This document shows, piece after piece, positions 28,530 through 40,169 of a stretch of DNA of 64,000 nucleotides (position 1 is the first letter of the stretch; every line of letters begins with the position of its first letter). The translations under genes were made by a program, and so were the position numbers. The DNA is from Bugula neritina (lineage: Eukaryota > Animalia > Bryozoa): assembly GCA_964035545.1 (NCBI GenBank), contig OZ037765.1:5404698-5468697 (forward strand), in the 5' to 3' direction. The notes beneath the pieces were generated by a model that worked only from the letters and a program-made list of their open reading frames with translations, was not told the origin of the DNA and did not search any database.

Positions 28530-30989
28530 ATGCTGCACTTACTAGATCTACTTCTGTAAGTTTTCTCTATACCCACACAGTTATATAGAAATGCTTGACT
28601 ATAAAATGCAATATAATTTTTACTTTAATTCAATAATTTTTAAACTTGCATTTCAAGCTATACATTTTATATTGATAGTTTGCAACTTTTAACCAGTGGT
28701 GCCCAGAGCGCTAATACCCAAGTTCATCTTTCATCTCTACACAGCCTCAGAGACTGAGGTTTGAAGTAGATAGTAAATATTATCTACCATAACGGATTTT
28801 TTATTTTATTACTGGTTACAAATTTTTTAAAAACTTTTTTTGTTTTGAGTGCTTTATAATGGCAACTTTTTAAATTAAAATTTAAACTCAAAGCTGGTAA
28901 TGATTGACTTTAAAATAACGTTTTACCAAAGAACACTGCTGGCATAATGATGTCTTTAATTGACCCCCAATTTTTTCTAGAGAGGATGCTGATAATGACT
29001 GTTGGTACTTTTTGGCCTCTTGTGAAATAAAATATTGAACTGAATTAATTGAAATTACCAGCTGTCTTAGAGTTTCTATTTCACACTTTTTGTGCACAGG
29101 GGTCTCTCCTTACCTTAGCTTTTTATGCTGCTGATATTGCCGATATGAACATTTATAGAGCTTGGCTATTTTATCAGCCACACCACACCTGAAAGACTTA
29201 TATGTTTTACTATACACAGCTTCAACTTACTATGTAGTATTCTCTATTTAGATATAGAAGGCACTACCTTGGCAGCAGTACACTACACTATAAATGAAGA
29301 CTTTCTTTACCCTCAGCCAGGAAAATGGAACTATGACATTACTAAAAAGACTGGTATGCTATTTCAGTGTGAATGACTTTTTCACATTATTTGCATTTTC
29401 AAACCTGAGTTGAACCTTGTGCCAAGTTTTTTTTTAAAATTGCTTTATACTAACTTAAAGTAAAATAATCTCAAATTGCCAATTATTATATGTTCTTAGT
29501 TTATCCATAGAGTAATTCTGAGTAAGTGTGTTACTATAAAGCTAATTTATTTTTTATTTTGAGTTTATATTTTTTGAGTTGAAGTGCAAAGCAAAACTGT
29601 AAGTGAATACAAAATAAGAGACACTTCTAAAAATATAATTCTACACATAACCTGTCTAATCTCAAAACCTAAAATAATAACTTTATTGCAAATGTTGTAT
29701 ACTGTAAACATTTTCGAACCCAATAAAACAAATAAACTTTGTACTGGCAGACAGTAGAGAGTATTGGTACCGTTTCAGGTGGGTTGTGAATGACCAAGAC
29801 TCAATTATGTCAGGTGTCCTACCAACTGTCACAACACAGGATGTGACTAAGTCACATTCTCCTTCTATATATACTCGACCCATTTCTCTCTCTCAACTGA
29901 CCTTTGGCAAGGACAGCAGGCTAGCTGGAGCTGACCTAAAGCTCGTTCTTGATGAAAACTTTGATGGTCCACTGAATACCAACAACTGGAATCAGGAAGT
30001 GACTCTCTGGGGAAGTGGTGTAAGTGGGTGTGCAGATAGTGTATGTGTTGAGGCCTAAAATACAGGAAATCAGCGGTTAAAATACTGTCTGAAACAGAAG
30101 TGCGTTTAAAAAAGTGATATCTTTGCATACAGATATATGAGTCAATTTTGTAAAGTTAGTAATTTTACAAAATCGACTCAGTTTCTGAACATTTACCTTT
30201 CTTTCTTCTGTTTAAATTTGCTAGGTCTATCTTTTGACCTTTCACATATGCCACATTTCTAATTTGAGTGTCTTTTAATCTGCACATTCAATTAAAGTTA
30301 TGCAGTAAATTAAAGTTTTATTTAGATTACGTTATCACAATTGTTTTTCTATATGCCAAGTATAGCCCATTAACATAAGTTTCTGAATTATTGAAAAGTT
30401 GTCTTCTCTATTGCAATAGTTTTGTAGTGTATAGACATTACAGCCCGACATTCAATATTAAAATTCCTATTATTAAGAATTAAACCATATATCTAAACAT
30501 TAAATATACAATTTTATAATGAACATACTTATCTTTCATCAACAAAAACAATAAATGTTTTAATTAATAGTCAAAAGCTTAATTATACTCAAATTAATTA
30601 CAGTTTCAACAAAAATGTAAAATTAATTGAAATAGCAATTGCATGCCTCCATTGCTGGTTATTCAATTTAAACCATCTAACATTTTTATTTTAGTTCTAA
30701 TACATGCAGCATGTATAGAAAATGTGAATCTAGTAATCAGGCAGTGCTATAACTTAAACAATGAAATACTTTTTCAGTTTTATCTCATAATGAATCTGGC
30801 TGTGGGAGGAACTAATGGTTTCTTCCCTGATGGTGTCTCTAATGCTGGATATGCTAAACCTTGGAAGAACACGGACAGTAATGGACCAGAAAAGTTCTGG
30901 AAGGCCAAAAACTTGTGGTACCCCACCTGGAAAGAAGATGATGCAATTTTTTTCAAATAGACAGTGTGAAAATGTGGCAGTTACAATAG
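28530..30989 (+). pseudogene. Gene D: pseudogenised duplicate of gene B
   Basis: Exon 1 at 28530-28555; exon 2 from 28679 has a 2 bp insertion giving TGA; exon 3 at 29252-29353; exon 4 deleted; exon 5 at 29779-30019; exons 6-10, including the catalytic exon, deleted near 30138; last exon (30778 onward) is frameshifted in a T run. Confidence 0.92.
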
Positions 30990-32954
30990 AGCATATCATT
31001 TGGCATCATGCAGTAATGATACATATTTACTGTGTGTAACTAAATTTAGTATAATAAACTAGTAGGCCGGTTGGCTTTTCAATTTCTGGAGTTGTCATTT
31101 CGCAATATAATTAAAATGGCTACTAGAGCTATATCTGGATATTTCTTAGAAAAGATGTTACATAAAACAGTTGAAGCTATTAAATTTACACACATAGTAA
31201 TATATTATAGTTCATCAATTCAAGTCATTGAATTTGATTTCAATAATAATCTTCCACAAAAAGGAGCATTTATGATCAATTACATGAATGGCTGACCCAG
31301 TGAAGCATACATATGTTAGATCAGGGGTTTGAATTTTAGCAGAGCTATTGGTGAATTAGGAAGAGCATTTGATTATATTTTATCTTTTAATTATCAGAAT
31401 ACGTACTATGCTGTATGGATATGTTTTATACATTGAGCTCTATGTACATAAACTGCTGTAGATCTTTTGCAAATAGTACAAGAAATATCCAAATGAGTTG
31501 TTGAAGCTATATAATATATTATATATATAAAAATGACTTCGTACGTTGCACTAAATAGCTGCATTTATACAATAATTTTAGTCTCTAGTCTTCATAGGAT
31601 ATAAGACAACTCCGAACTTGCATTACAGTTGCATAACCTCTCAGTTTGTTTACCTGCACACTTCTTATAACAACACTAAACAGGATAACTACATTTATAC
31701 AACTAGAAGCAAAGTACCACATTATTGAGCAATAGCTGTAATAAAGGTGTACTACTAAACGCAGTGACTATCATTGTGGCATTCCGGCATAATTATTGTG
31801 AAGTGTCAAAAACCCATTCAAAAAGTGTGCTGGCAGCTGTGTAGTTGATGAGTTGATGACAGACTTCACGTGATTAAATATAAACAAGTTTGAGTGTCAA
31901 CCTATTATACAATATGTATGTCGCAGTTCTGCTGATAGAAGTGCATAAAAAATGCACTTCATTTTTATCAGCTGTCAAATTTTTGAGGAAAATTAATGTA
32001 TAATTAAATTGATGATAGGCTAGTCAAACTGATGGATCGATGAATATGTATATGGTATTTTACATTGCAATTATGCCTAGCATACTATTACCATTATTGC
32101 AATTGCATATTACTTATGTTTCATAAATAAGAGATAGAAAGGGGAGGGTGTGAACCATGATAGAATTTCAATGAACTGCCACTAAGTACTGCTAAAAGTT
32201 TAAGCTATAAAAATGCCAGTTGTGTGCCATTTTGATGGAAGACAGCTTCGTCTCGTACACATACTTTTGGCAGTTTTGCTATAAAGACAGCAGTTTTAAG
32301 ATGCAGAAGTTTCATTTCATTATAGTATGTTATATCCATCATCATGCAGGATGCTTTATTTTCTAGATTTAGCTTGGCTATGCTTTTTATAACAGCTATA
32401 TCCTTGGCATTTATGTTTGTATTTAGTATTCTACAATCCACTCAGATTGTATTAAAGAGCTGATTGGTACATGATGAGACAACTTACATTGGGCGATTGT
32501 TTTATTTTCTGTCATATATTATACACTTTCTATGCAGATTGCACTTGCAAATCTAATACATGCATAGTCCAGTTTTAGAAGAGCTAAAAGTACAAGATGT
32601 TTAACAACATATTTAATTACGATTTGCTATGCTTACACATGAAAATACTTGTGGGTTAAAGCTGTTTTCTGGTGAATCAAACCTTGCCAAAACTTTGTTT
32701 TTGTTGTTTGTTGTTTCAAATCATCACAACACTTATTGTCGCAAATAAAATTCAAATTCTTTTATGTTATAAAAGTTATAAATTATGCAGAAATGCAATC
32801 TGCTCATTTGACACATTCTCAAATCTTATTTGGTTTGTGTAAATACCAACACCTCTGGTAACAAGGGTTTTATACAAGCTAAGGACTTCCTGTTTAGTCA
32901 TGCTGCATCATGGTTTAAGAGTTCGTGCTTCTAGTACAAGAGCACTTGGTACTA

Positions 32955-33050
32955 GAGAGCTTTCCTGGCATCACCAATAGTTCCACCTAGATTTGAACTA
33001 CGACTTTGTGATTACTAGGCCACCACTTTAACCACTTGACTATGTCTACT
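32955..33050 (-). mobile_element. tRNA-derived SINE fragment
   Basis: Reverse strand has box A-like tagtcaagtggt, box B-like gttcaaatc, then ttggtgatgccaggaaag, shared with the copies at 46.7 and 50.0 kb. Confidence 0.7.
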
Positions 33051-33538
33051 CTCTGTGTTATATTACTATACAAACCAAATAAAATTAAAATATTGAAAAA
33101 TGGATTGACATTTTAAAAAATAATTAAATTGCCATTTTTGAAAAAATAAGATTTTGTAAATAGTTTTGTTAGTAGGGTATAATAGTTGCTAATGGGAGCT
33201 GTCAAAGTGATTACAAATAAAAGAATGTATGTCTGTTCCCTCATGATTCCTCGTACGAAATAATATTATGCAGGTTCACCAAGTGCCAGATAAACAGTTG
33301 AATAAACATTTGAATAACAATTCAACATCTATGATTGTTTGCCACACTTTTTAGGACTTGAGGTGTGCAAATGTTTTATAGCTTTTTGATTAGACAGTAA
33401 TTGCTTTGCAAGCCTTACTATTGGCTAAGTCAGCTGATAAACTTGTAATCTAAGTGCTAATAGTCATCCTCGCTGACAAACCTTCTTGTTAGCCTTTCTC
33501 ATTGACTGGAAGAGCTTTAGTGTTTGTATGTCATAAAA

Positions 33539-36500
33539 ATGGCTAAGCTCTCGATTTTGTTCTTGTTTTCAGTTTTCTCTGAGCTCACAGTATTGAACTC
33601 AGTTCATGGATCATATGGGTAAGTAATCGTGGATTATTGATTATTGGTTATTGGTAAATTATTTATCTATTTTAATCACCATTTTATATTTTCTTTATTT
33701 TATATTATAGTAACATAATTTTTTACAATAATTTCAACTTGGAAACCACCTTAGTAAATGGTTGGATATGCTAGCCTTTACTAATACATATTGTCATGGG
33801 CAAAAGCCATAACATTAACTACTGTCGAGAAAAGCATTCTAGCAAGACTGAAGGCAAATTCAGCCCAAAATGTCATTCATTGGGGGTTTTACAGAGATTG
33901 TGTTTATAAACTAGAAAGAACTGTGTAAAATTGAAAAGCTTCTCACCTTTTCCTGATCACACCCTAATTATTCTAATAGAAATTTTCTATATTGGCTTAT
34001 AATTTGTTATTGAAAAGTTTAAAAAAAAAGCTTTCTATGTAACTATTATTAATTGCAAAGAAACCTTTTGATAAAACTGCTTATTAAAATGACATTTTTC
34101 AACACTAGAAATTAATTTGACATATAATAATACCTCAGGTAAAGTTTAATATAGAAAACTTTTTCAAGTCTAATGCCAAACATAGTAAAAAGTTAATAAA
34201 AAGCAGGAAATAACATTTTCAAGACCTAGCTGTTGCATAGAATAAATTATTAAGATATTATAATAATATATATGTTTTGAGATGTCAATGCATGCAGGCT
34301 CTTGTTGCTATTACCACCCCTGTCCCTTTACCCACAGTATGCTGTCATTGCTCTCTAGCATGCTGTCTCTATTTTATTATGTGCTTCCTAACTGTGCAGC
34401 TCAAGTGGTGCTGGAGTTGCCCTTCCAATGTAGGAATCTGCAAACAATATAATCTAGACGTTCAGGCAAATTTTTCCCATGTTGGAAAAATAGGCTCAAC
34501 CAACAAATGGCATGCAGTAGTCTTGTTTATTATATTTGAATAAATGTTGATGTGGGAAAATAGCTAGGAAATAAATAAATAAACAAATAGAATTAATTTA
34601 TTATAATATCTAAAATTAGAGTAGCTTTGCCATTTTCAGAAATAAATAAAATAATTGATGCAAGTAGGCTGCTAAATATTATGTATGTGATAAACAAAAA
34701 ATGTAACAGTAACAATATAACATTTATTTTTATTGCTTAGTTTGTCAATGTTTTTCACTGTTGTGGTACATATAAAGGTGTTCACAATTATTTATTTTGT
34801 ATTAACGCTGCACTTTTATGCTATAAATTTAGTATCGTTTGTTTTCTAAACTTTATAAGATGGTATTTTATTAGCTGCATGAAAAGAGCAGCATGATTTA
34901 AATAATAGACTGTCTGAAACTTTGCTGATATAATACCAATAGACCTGCAGCATTTAGTCCTTAATATTAGCAGTCATTAATCTCAGATTAGAACGTAGGC
35001 AACATACTTCTTTGTATTGTAAAAAATTCAACACAAGTCCGTTGATAGTACTAGTAACCTGGTAAATAGATGTTTGTGTAGGTTGACTATAGGAGGTGAT
35101 GCCAGTCACAAATAAGTATACAAGCAATAGCTGGTGCGACTAGACTAATACCAATGTGATTTCATTGGCAATCATATTGTTGACACAGAGATGAAAGATT
35201 GTCCGTTATAGCATGTTCCAGATTAGTTCTAACTAGCTGTAATAAAAAGTGTGTGTCAATGACTTTCAATAAATGTGTCAATAGTCAAGTACACGGATAT
35301 CCTGTATAGTTAACTTATTGTACAAGCTGTTTACTCGAAAAAAATTAAATGCTAGTCTCACACGTGAAATACAATTCTATTTGTGCAGAAAACATTTTTT
35401 ATTTCCTTAAACTTATATTTTTGATTTAAAGTTTAGTTTTAAAATCTCATCTCATGGACAAACGACTCCATAAATTCCTAAATAATTGATATTAGTTTTT
35501 GAAGATGCAAGTAGGTACCCCAAATGATCTTGTATTAGCAATGTAGAGTATGATTAAATGATGAAATTAGAAATATTAAAGTGAGTTAAGAGCAAATCAA
35601 CTTTTTCCAAAATTTTTAGTATGCATTATCTGCTATAAACCATTACAAAGGATTTTAAAAAATCTTGCAATATATGAAGACTTTTTATTTATGCCATAAT
35701 TATACATAAAAATATTGTTATAAAATGTTACTTTTTTCTAAAAGTTTTAATTTCAAAAGCAGTATGTGAGTATATATATTATGTTCAAAGGCATAACCTT
35801 TAGACTAGCTGTATGAATATCAACGCAGCATAATATACTTGTGTGTTTGTAGTTGATTAAACTATAATGCCAAGTGTTAGATGACCCAATAAATGTAGTG
35901 CTAAAATAATTTTACAAACCTACTTTAGTTTCATAACTGAAAAGGGAAGTCAAACTATGTAAAAAGTCATATAAAAAATGAGAGAGTTTTTAAGGAGTGC
36001 ATATGCTTTCTTGCTTTGCTTTCTCTGTGTAATGTTGCATTGCTGCTTTGCATTCTGTTATAACTAATTGCTTTGCATGGCTCAATGGCTTTCAGGTTAC
36101 TAACAACTGACCACCAGGCTATTCAGGAACTTTATCAATTAACATTCATTGACCATGACCAGGTATTTCACTCTTCCCCCTCTAGTAGTGGCCGAGCTAC
36201 CAGAAATATAGATCTAAAGACTTTACAAAAGCAGTCAGTTCGATTGTGTAAGAGACTTAAAACTGAAAACATTATCCAACAAAAACAATTTAAATTATGT
36301 AAGAGAACACCTAATTTGCCACATGTAATCGTAACAGCCAATAAAGAGTTCATCACGCAATGTAAACGGAAGTTTAGATATGAACCTTGGAACTGTGGAG
36401 ACCGAACGGCAAGGATAAAAGTTCTTCAAAAAGGTACGTGTTTTAGTTACACTTGAAGAAGTTTACCTATAGACCACTCAAATCTTAAGACAATGTGGAG

Positions 36501-36883
36501 TAGTTGTAGTGCACCACCATCCAAGTTTTGAGTTTGCACAACTTTTCCAATACTGCAGAGGGCTATTGCCATATAGACTTATAGACGTGTGATAGTTCAA
36601 ACAGGCAAATTATATAGCATGGGATGTATGTTTTGAGGTGTAGCAATGTCTAAAAATGTGAAATATTTGTGTTCCTTGTTATGAAAACAAGTTCTCCATC
36701 CTAGTTAATACAAGCTATTGGTATTCCAAAACCAAGCGCAGCAAAAAACTGATAATAGTGCACTAAGAGGGCTGCTGTCTTGTAGATATTAGAGAAAATA
36801 GCTGAAACAGTTTGGTTTATCACCTGCTTGAAGCAGTATTGGTTAGTTTTAGCTGATAAACATTCTACACATGAGCAGCAATA

Positions 36884-36933
<50 letters not shown>

Positions 36934-39900
36934 AAACACACACACAAACACACAAACACACACACAAACACACACACAAACACACACACAAACACACACA
37001 CAAACACACACACAAACACACACACAAACACACACACAAACACACACACAAACACACACACAAACACACACACAAACACACACACAAACACACACACAAA
37101 CACACACACAAACACACACACAAACACACACACAAACACACACACAAACACACACACAAACACACACACAAACACACACACAAACACACACACAAACACA
37201 CACACAAACACACACACAAACACACACACAAACACACACACAAACACACACACAAACACACACACAAACACACACACAAACACACACACAAACACACACA
37301 CAAACACACACACAAACACACACACAAACACACACACAAACACACACACAAACACACACACAAACACACACACAAACACACACACAAACACACACACAAA
37401 CACACACACAAACACACACACAAACACACACACAAACACACACACAAACACACACACAAACACACACACAAACACACACACAAACACACACACAAACACA
37501 CACACAAACACACACACAAACACACACCTAATTAATATTATTATACTTGCATCCAAAATTGAGCACATAACTCCTGAAGTTTCACTTTCGTCTGCTAATT
37601 GAACTATATTCTAAAAGCCATTTTATAATATATTAATATTATCAGTTATAATATGCTCAAATAGGTCTGCTATTTTAGGTTTTATGACATAAATTATCTA
37701 ACAAAGCTTAATATCATACTTTGCAGTACTTGCAGTGTTTGCTATACTATAACTAACTTCCGACATAAATTCTTCTCATAAACTGTTGTCACTGTAAGAT
37801 TACTTGTAAACTTAAATTAACATTGCAACTAACCCTTTCACTGTGGGAATTGGCATCATTATAGGAAAGGCTACAAAAAATAGATTATGCCAGCCATGTA
37901 CCTGGCAAGGTTTTGCTTAGAAGGTATGAAACAAAGTGAATAATCCAGCATTAAACGCATGAACTTAATGAAATACGTCTTAATACAGTCAAATGGTTGC
38001 CTGCAGTCTGATATTGTATAAATGCAATATTATATAATGCATGAGATGCATTGTTGTACCAATCAGGAGAGCACTACTCTCAACATTACCTTTTTCATCT
38101 ATGAATATTGATTAAAGACTTCAGGGTAACATGGAGAGTTTCTGAGCTTTTAAATTATAGCCCCTGGCCTTCATTAAAAAGTTTCAAACATTTCGAAACT
38201 TTGCTTACTGTACTGTATTCAAAAACTGTAACATAGAAGATTTGATAGGGTGCATAGCAGTAAATATAATATGATTACATAACCATTTTAAATCATTAGT
38301 TATTTTTGAATAAGTTTTCTTTTTGGTAGCAATCTTCATTTTGGGGAAAAACTTATAAAATTAAGCAAATTTTTTTAATGAAGCATAGAAGTCTGTGAAA
38401 TGATGCAGTAGGTCAAAGTTGATAATCAATAAACGCATATCAATAATTTTTGCTTGATCAGTCAAACTATAATGATCAACGATCATAGTTGAATAAGAAA
38501 TAAATAAATAATAATAACAAATACGCTGTAAAAATATCATACTATAATATAATATATTTCACAAGCTAGTCTACATGAAATAAAAACTATTTCATATTCA
38601 TCCATCATTCATACTGTATTAAAGAAAACCTATAATTAATAAACGAATATCAATAATTTTTCAGTTGGCCATTTTTACTAGCTGTTGTCTGCTGACATTC
38701 TTATTTAAAATTATAGACCTAAAACTATACTTTGCAGTCTAAGAATTTACAGTGAAAGGGGTTAGCAGTAACGAGCTAAAATATTCACACTTTTGTGTTT
38801 AATAATTTAAACAGATTACAAGGAGAAGGCATTCCTTGAAGCTCTATCTTCAGCAGCCCTCATAGTATCTATTGCCAAGGCATGTGACCTAGGACAGATG
38901 CTCTCCTGTGGCTGCTCCCCATTGACATCTAACGGCCAGGTGTGCAACAGGTCCATCAGCTACGCTAAGACCGTAACCAGTTTATTCTACGGATTACAGG
39001 CTGACAGCAAGAAATCAGCAGCTTCCCATTCTGACATCATATCAGCCCACAACCTGAATCTTGGCATAAAGGTATTGTGAACATAACTTGTGTATACTAG
39101 CGTAACTTAATATCATCATTGTATAACATGATTGTTATGGTAACTATATATTATAATATGAAGAACAATAACATATTGCTTATCTCATTGTAGAATATTA
39201 TGTTAGAATGATATATAATACAATTATAATAACATATCTAATTTATTATAACTATTATAGAAATATAGATTATGTCATGATATAAACAAAACTTAGTAAG
39301 ACAATGCTGTCAGTGTACAGAAACTTATGATAATTACTATAAGCCTTGAAATATTATAAACAATAATGAAATATATATTACTGAGCTATAAACAACAAGT
39401 GAAAGTAGTGTGAGATAGTTGCATTCCTTATATTTAAAGACTATCATCTTCATTTGCGACCTTTGTTACAGGTGCCATGCCTAAACAACTCATCAACACA
39501 TTTATTAAAATTTATGCAAATGTTATTTTGAAAGGAATATAACTGAGCTTTGCTTTTCTTTAAACAGTATTGGAAGGACAAAGACTATGCTTCTATGCAT
39601 ATTCATGCAGAGATCCTCTCAACTTTACATGCAGCTTTTCCAACAGATTGATTTTTAGAAAAAGGTTTTAGTTTAAATACACTTTTGTTTCACAGAGCAT
39701 CCGAGTTCTAATGAAGAGAGAATGCAAGTGCTTAGGCCTGTCAACTTCCTGTACAGTGAAAGCCTGCTGGCGAAAGACCATGCCTATGAATGCGGTGGCA
39801 GACTATCTAAAGAGTCGGTATGACAGAGCTGTTAGAGTGGTCGACTGTAGAAGTAAACACAACACATGGAGATCGTGTCAGAATGTGGACAAAGAATTCT

Positions 39901-40169
39901 ACAGACTGCACTCTGCTACCAACAAGACTGCAGGTAATCTTGACTTGGTTTACAGCGAGCCAGAGATCAACTTCTGTCAGACTCCTTGGTACAAGTCGGG
40001 TCGGCAATGTGACTTCCTCAACAATACCTGTTCGGATGTATGTTGTAACAGAGGCTATAAAACTGTAGAGATTACAACAGAGCGGCGTTGTAATTGTAGA
40101 CCTGAATGGTGTTGTACAGCACCTTGTGACACCTGCACATCAACTGCCCTTCAAGGCCAATGCAGTTAG
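33539..40169 (+). CDS. Wnt9: Divergent Wnt ligand, most similar to the Wnt9 subfamily (4 exons, ~382 aa)
   Basis: Exons 33539-33618 (signal peptide ending SYG|), 36096-36433, 38815-39071, 39696-40169; 1149 nt in frame; all 24 canonical Wnt cysteines can be placed. Wnt9-like features: YKEKAFLEALSSAAL..IAKAC and HNLNLGIK. Wnt identity is clear; subfamily and exon 1 are less certain. Confidence 0.75.
36886..37527. repeat. Near-perfect 12-bp tandem repeat (CACACACACAAA)n preceded by (CA)n
   Basis: Directly visible, about 640 bp, in Wnt9 intron 2. Confidence 0.98.
37833..38761. mobile_element. Putative piggyBac-type MITE
   Basis: Termini ccctttcactgt / acagtgaaaggg(g) flanked by degenerate TTAA sites (ctaa, ttag); no coding capacity. 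Confidence 0.6.

Larger units (their letters stand above)
17628..31230 (+). repeat. Second copy of tandem segmental duplication of ~3214-17620
   Basis: Starts with caagt.aca.agtcgagtaaaatggtgacctgccc (as at 3214) and ends with tattata.ttcatcaa.tcaag.ca.tga (as at ~17590-17620); exons, introns and intergenic DNA are colinear. Confidence 0.93.

Noticed and set aside
36701-37602. Long ORFs of CVCL/HTHK/VFVC repeats
   Set aside because: Translations of the 12-bp satellite in an intron; open in most frames only because the repeat lacks stops.
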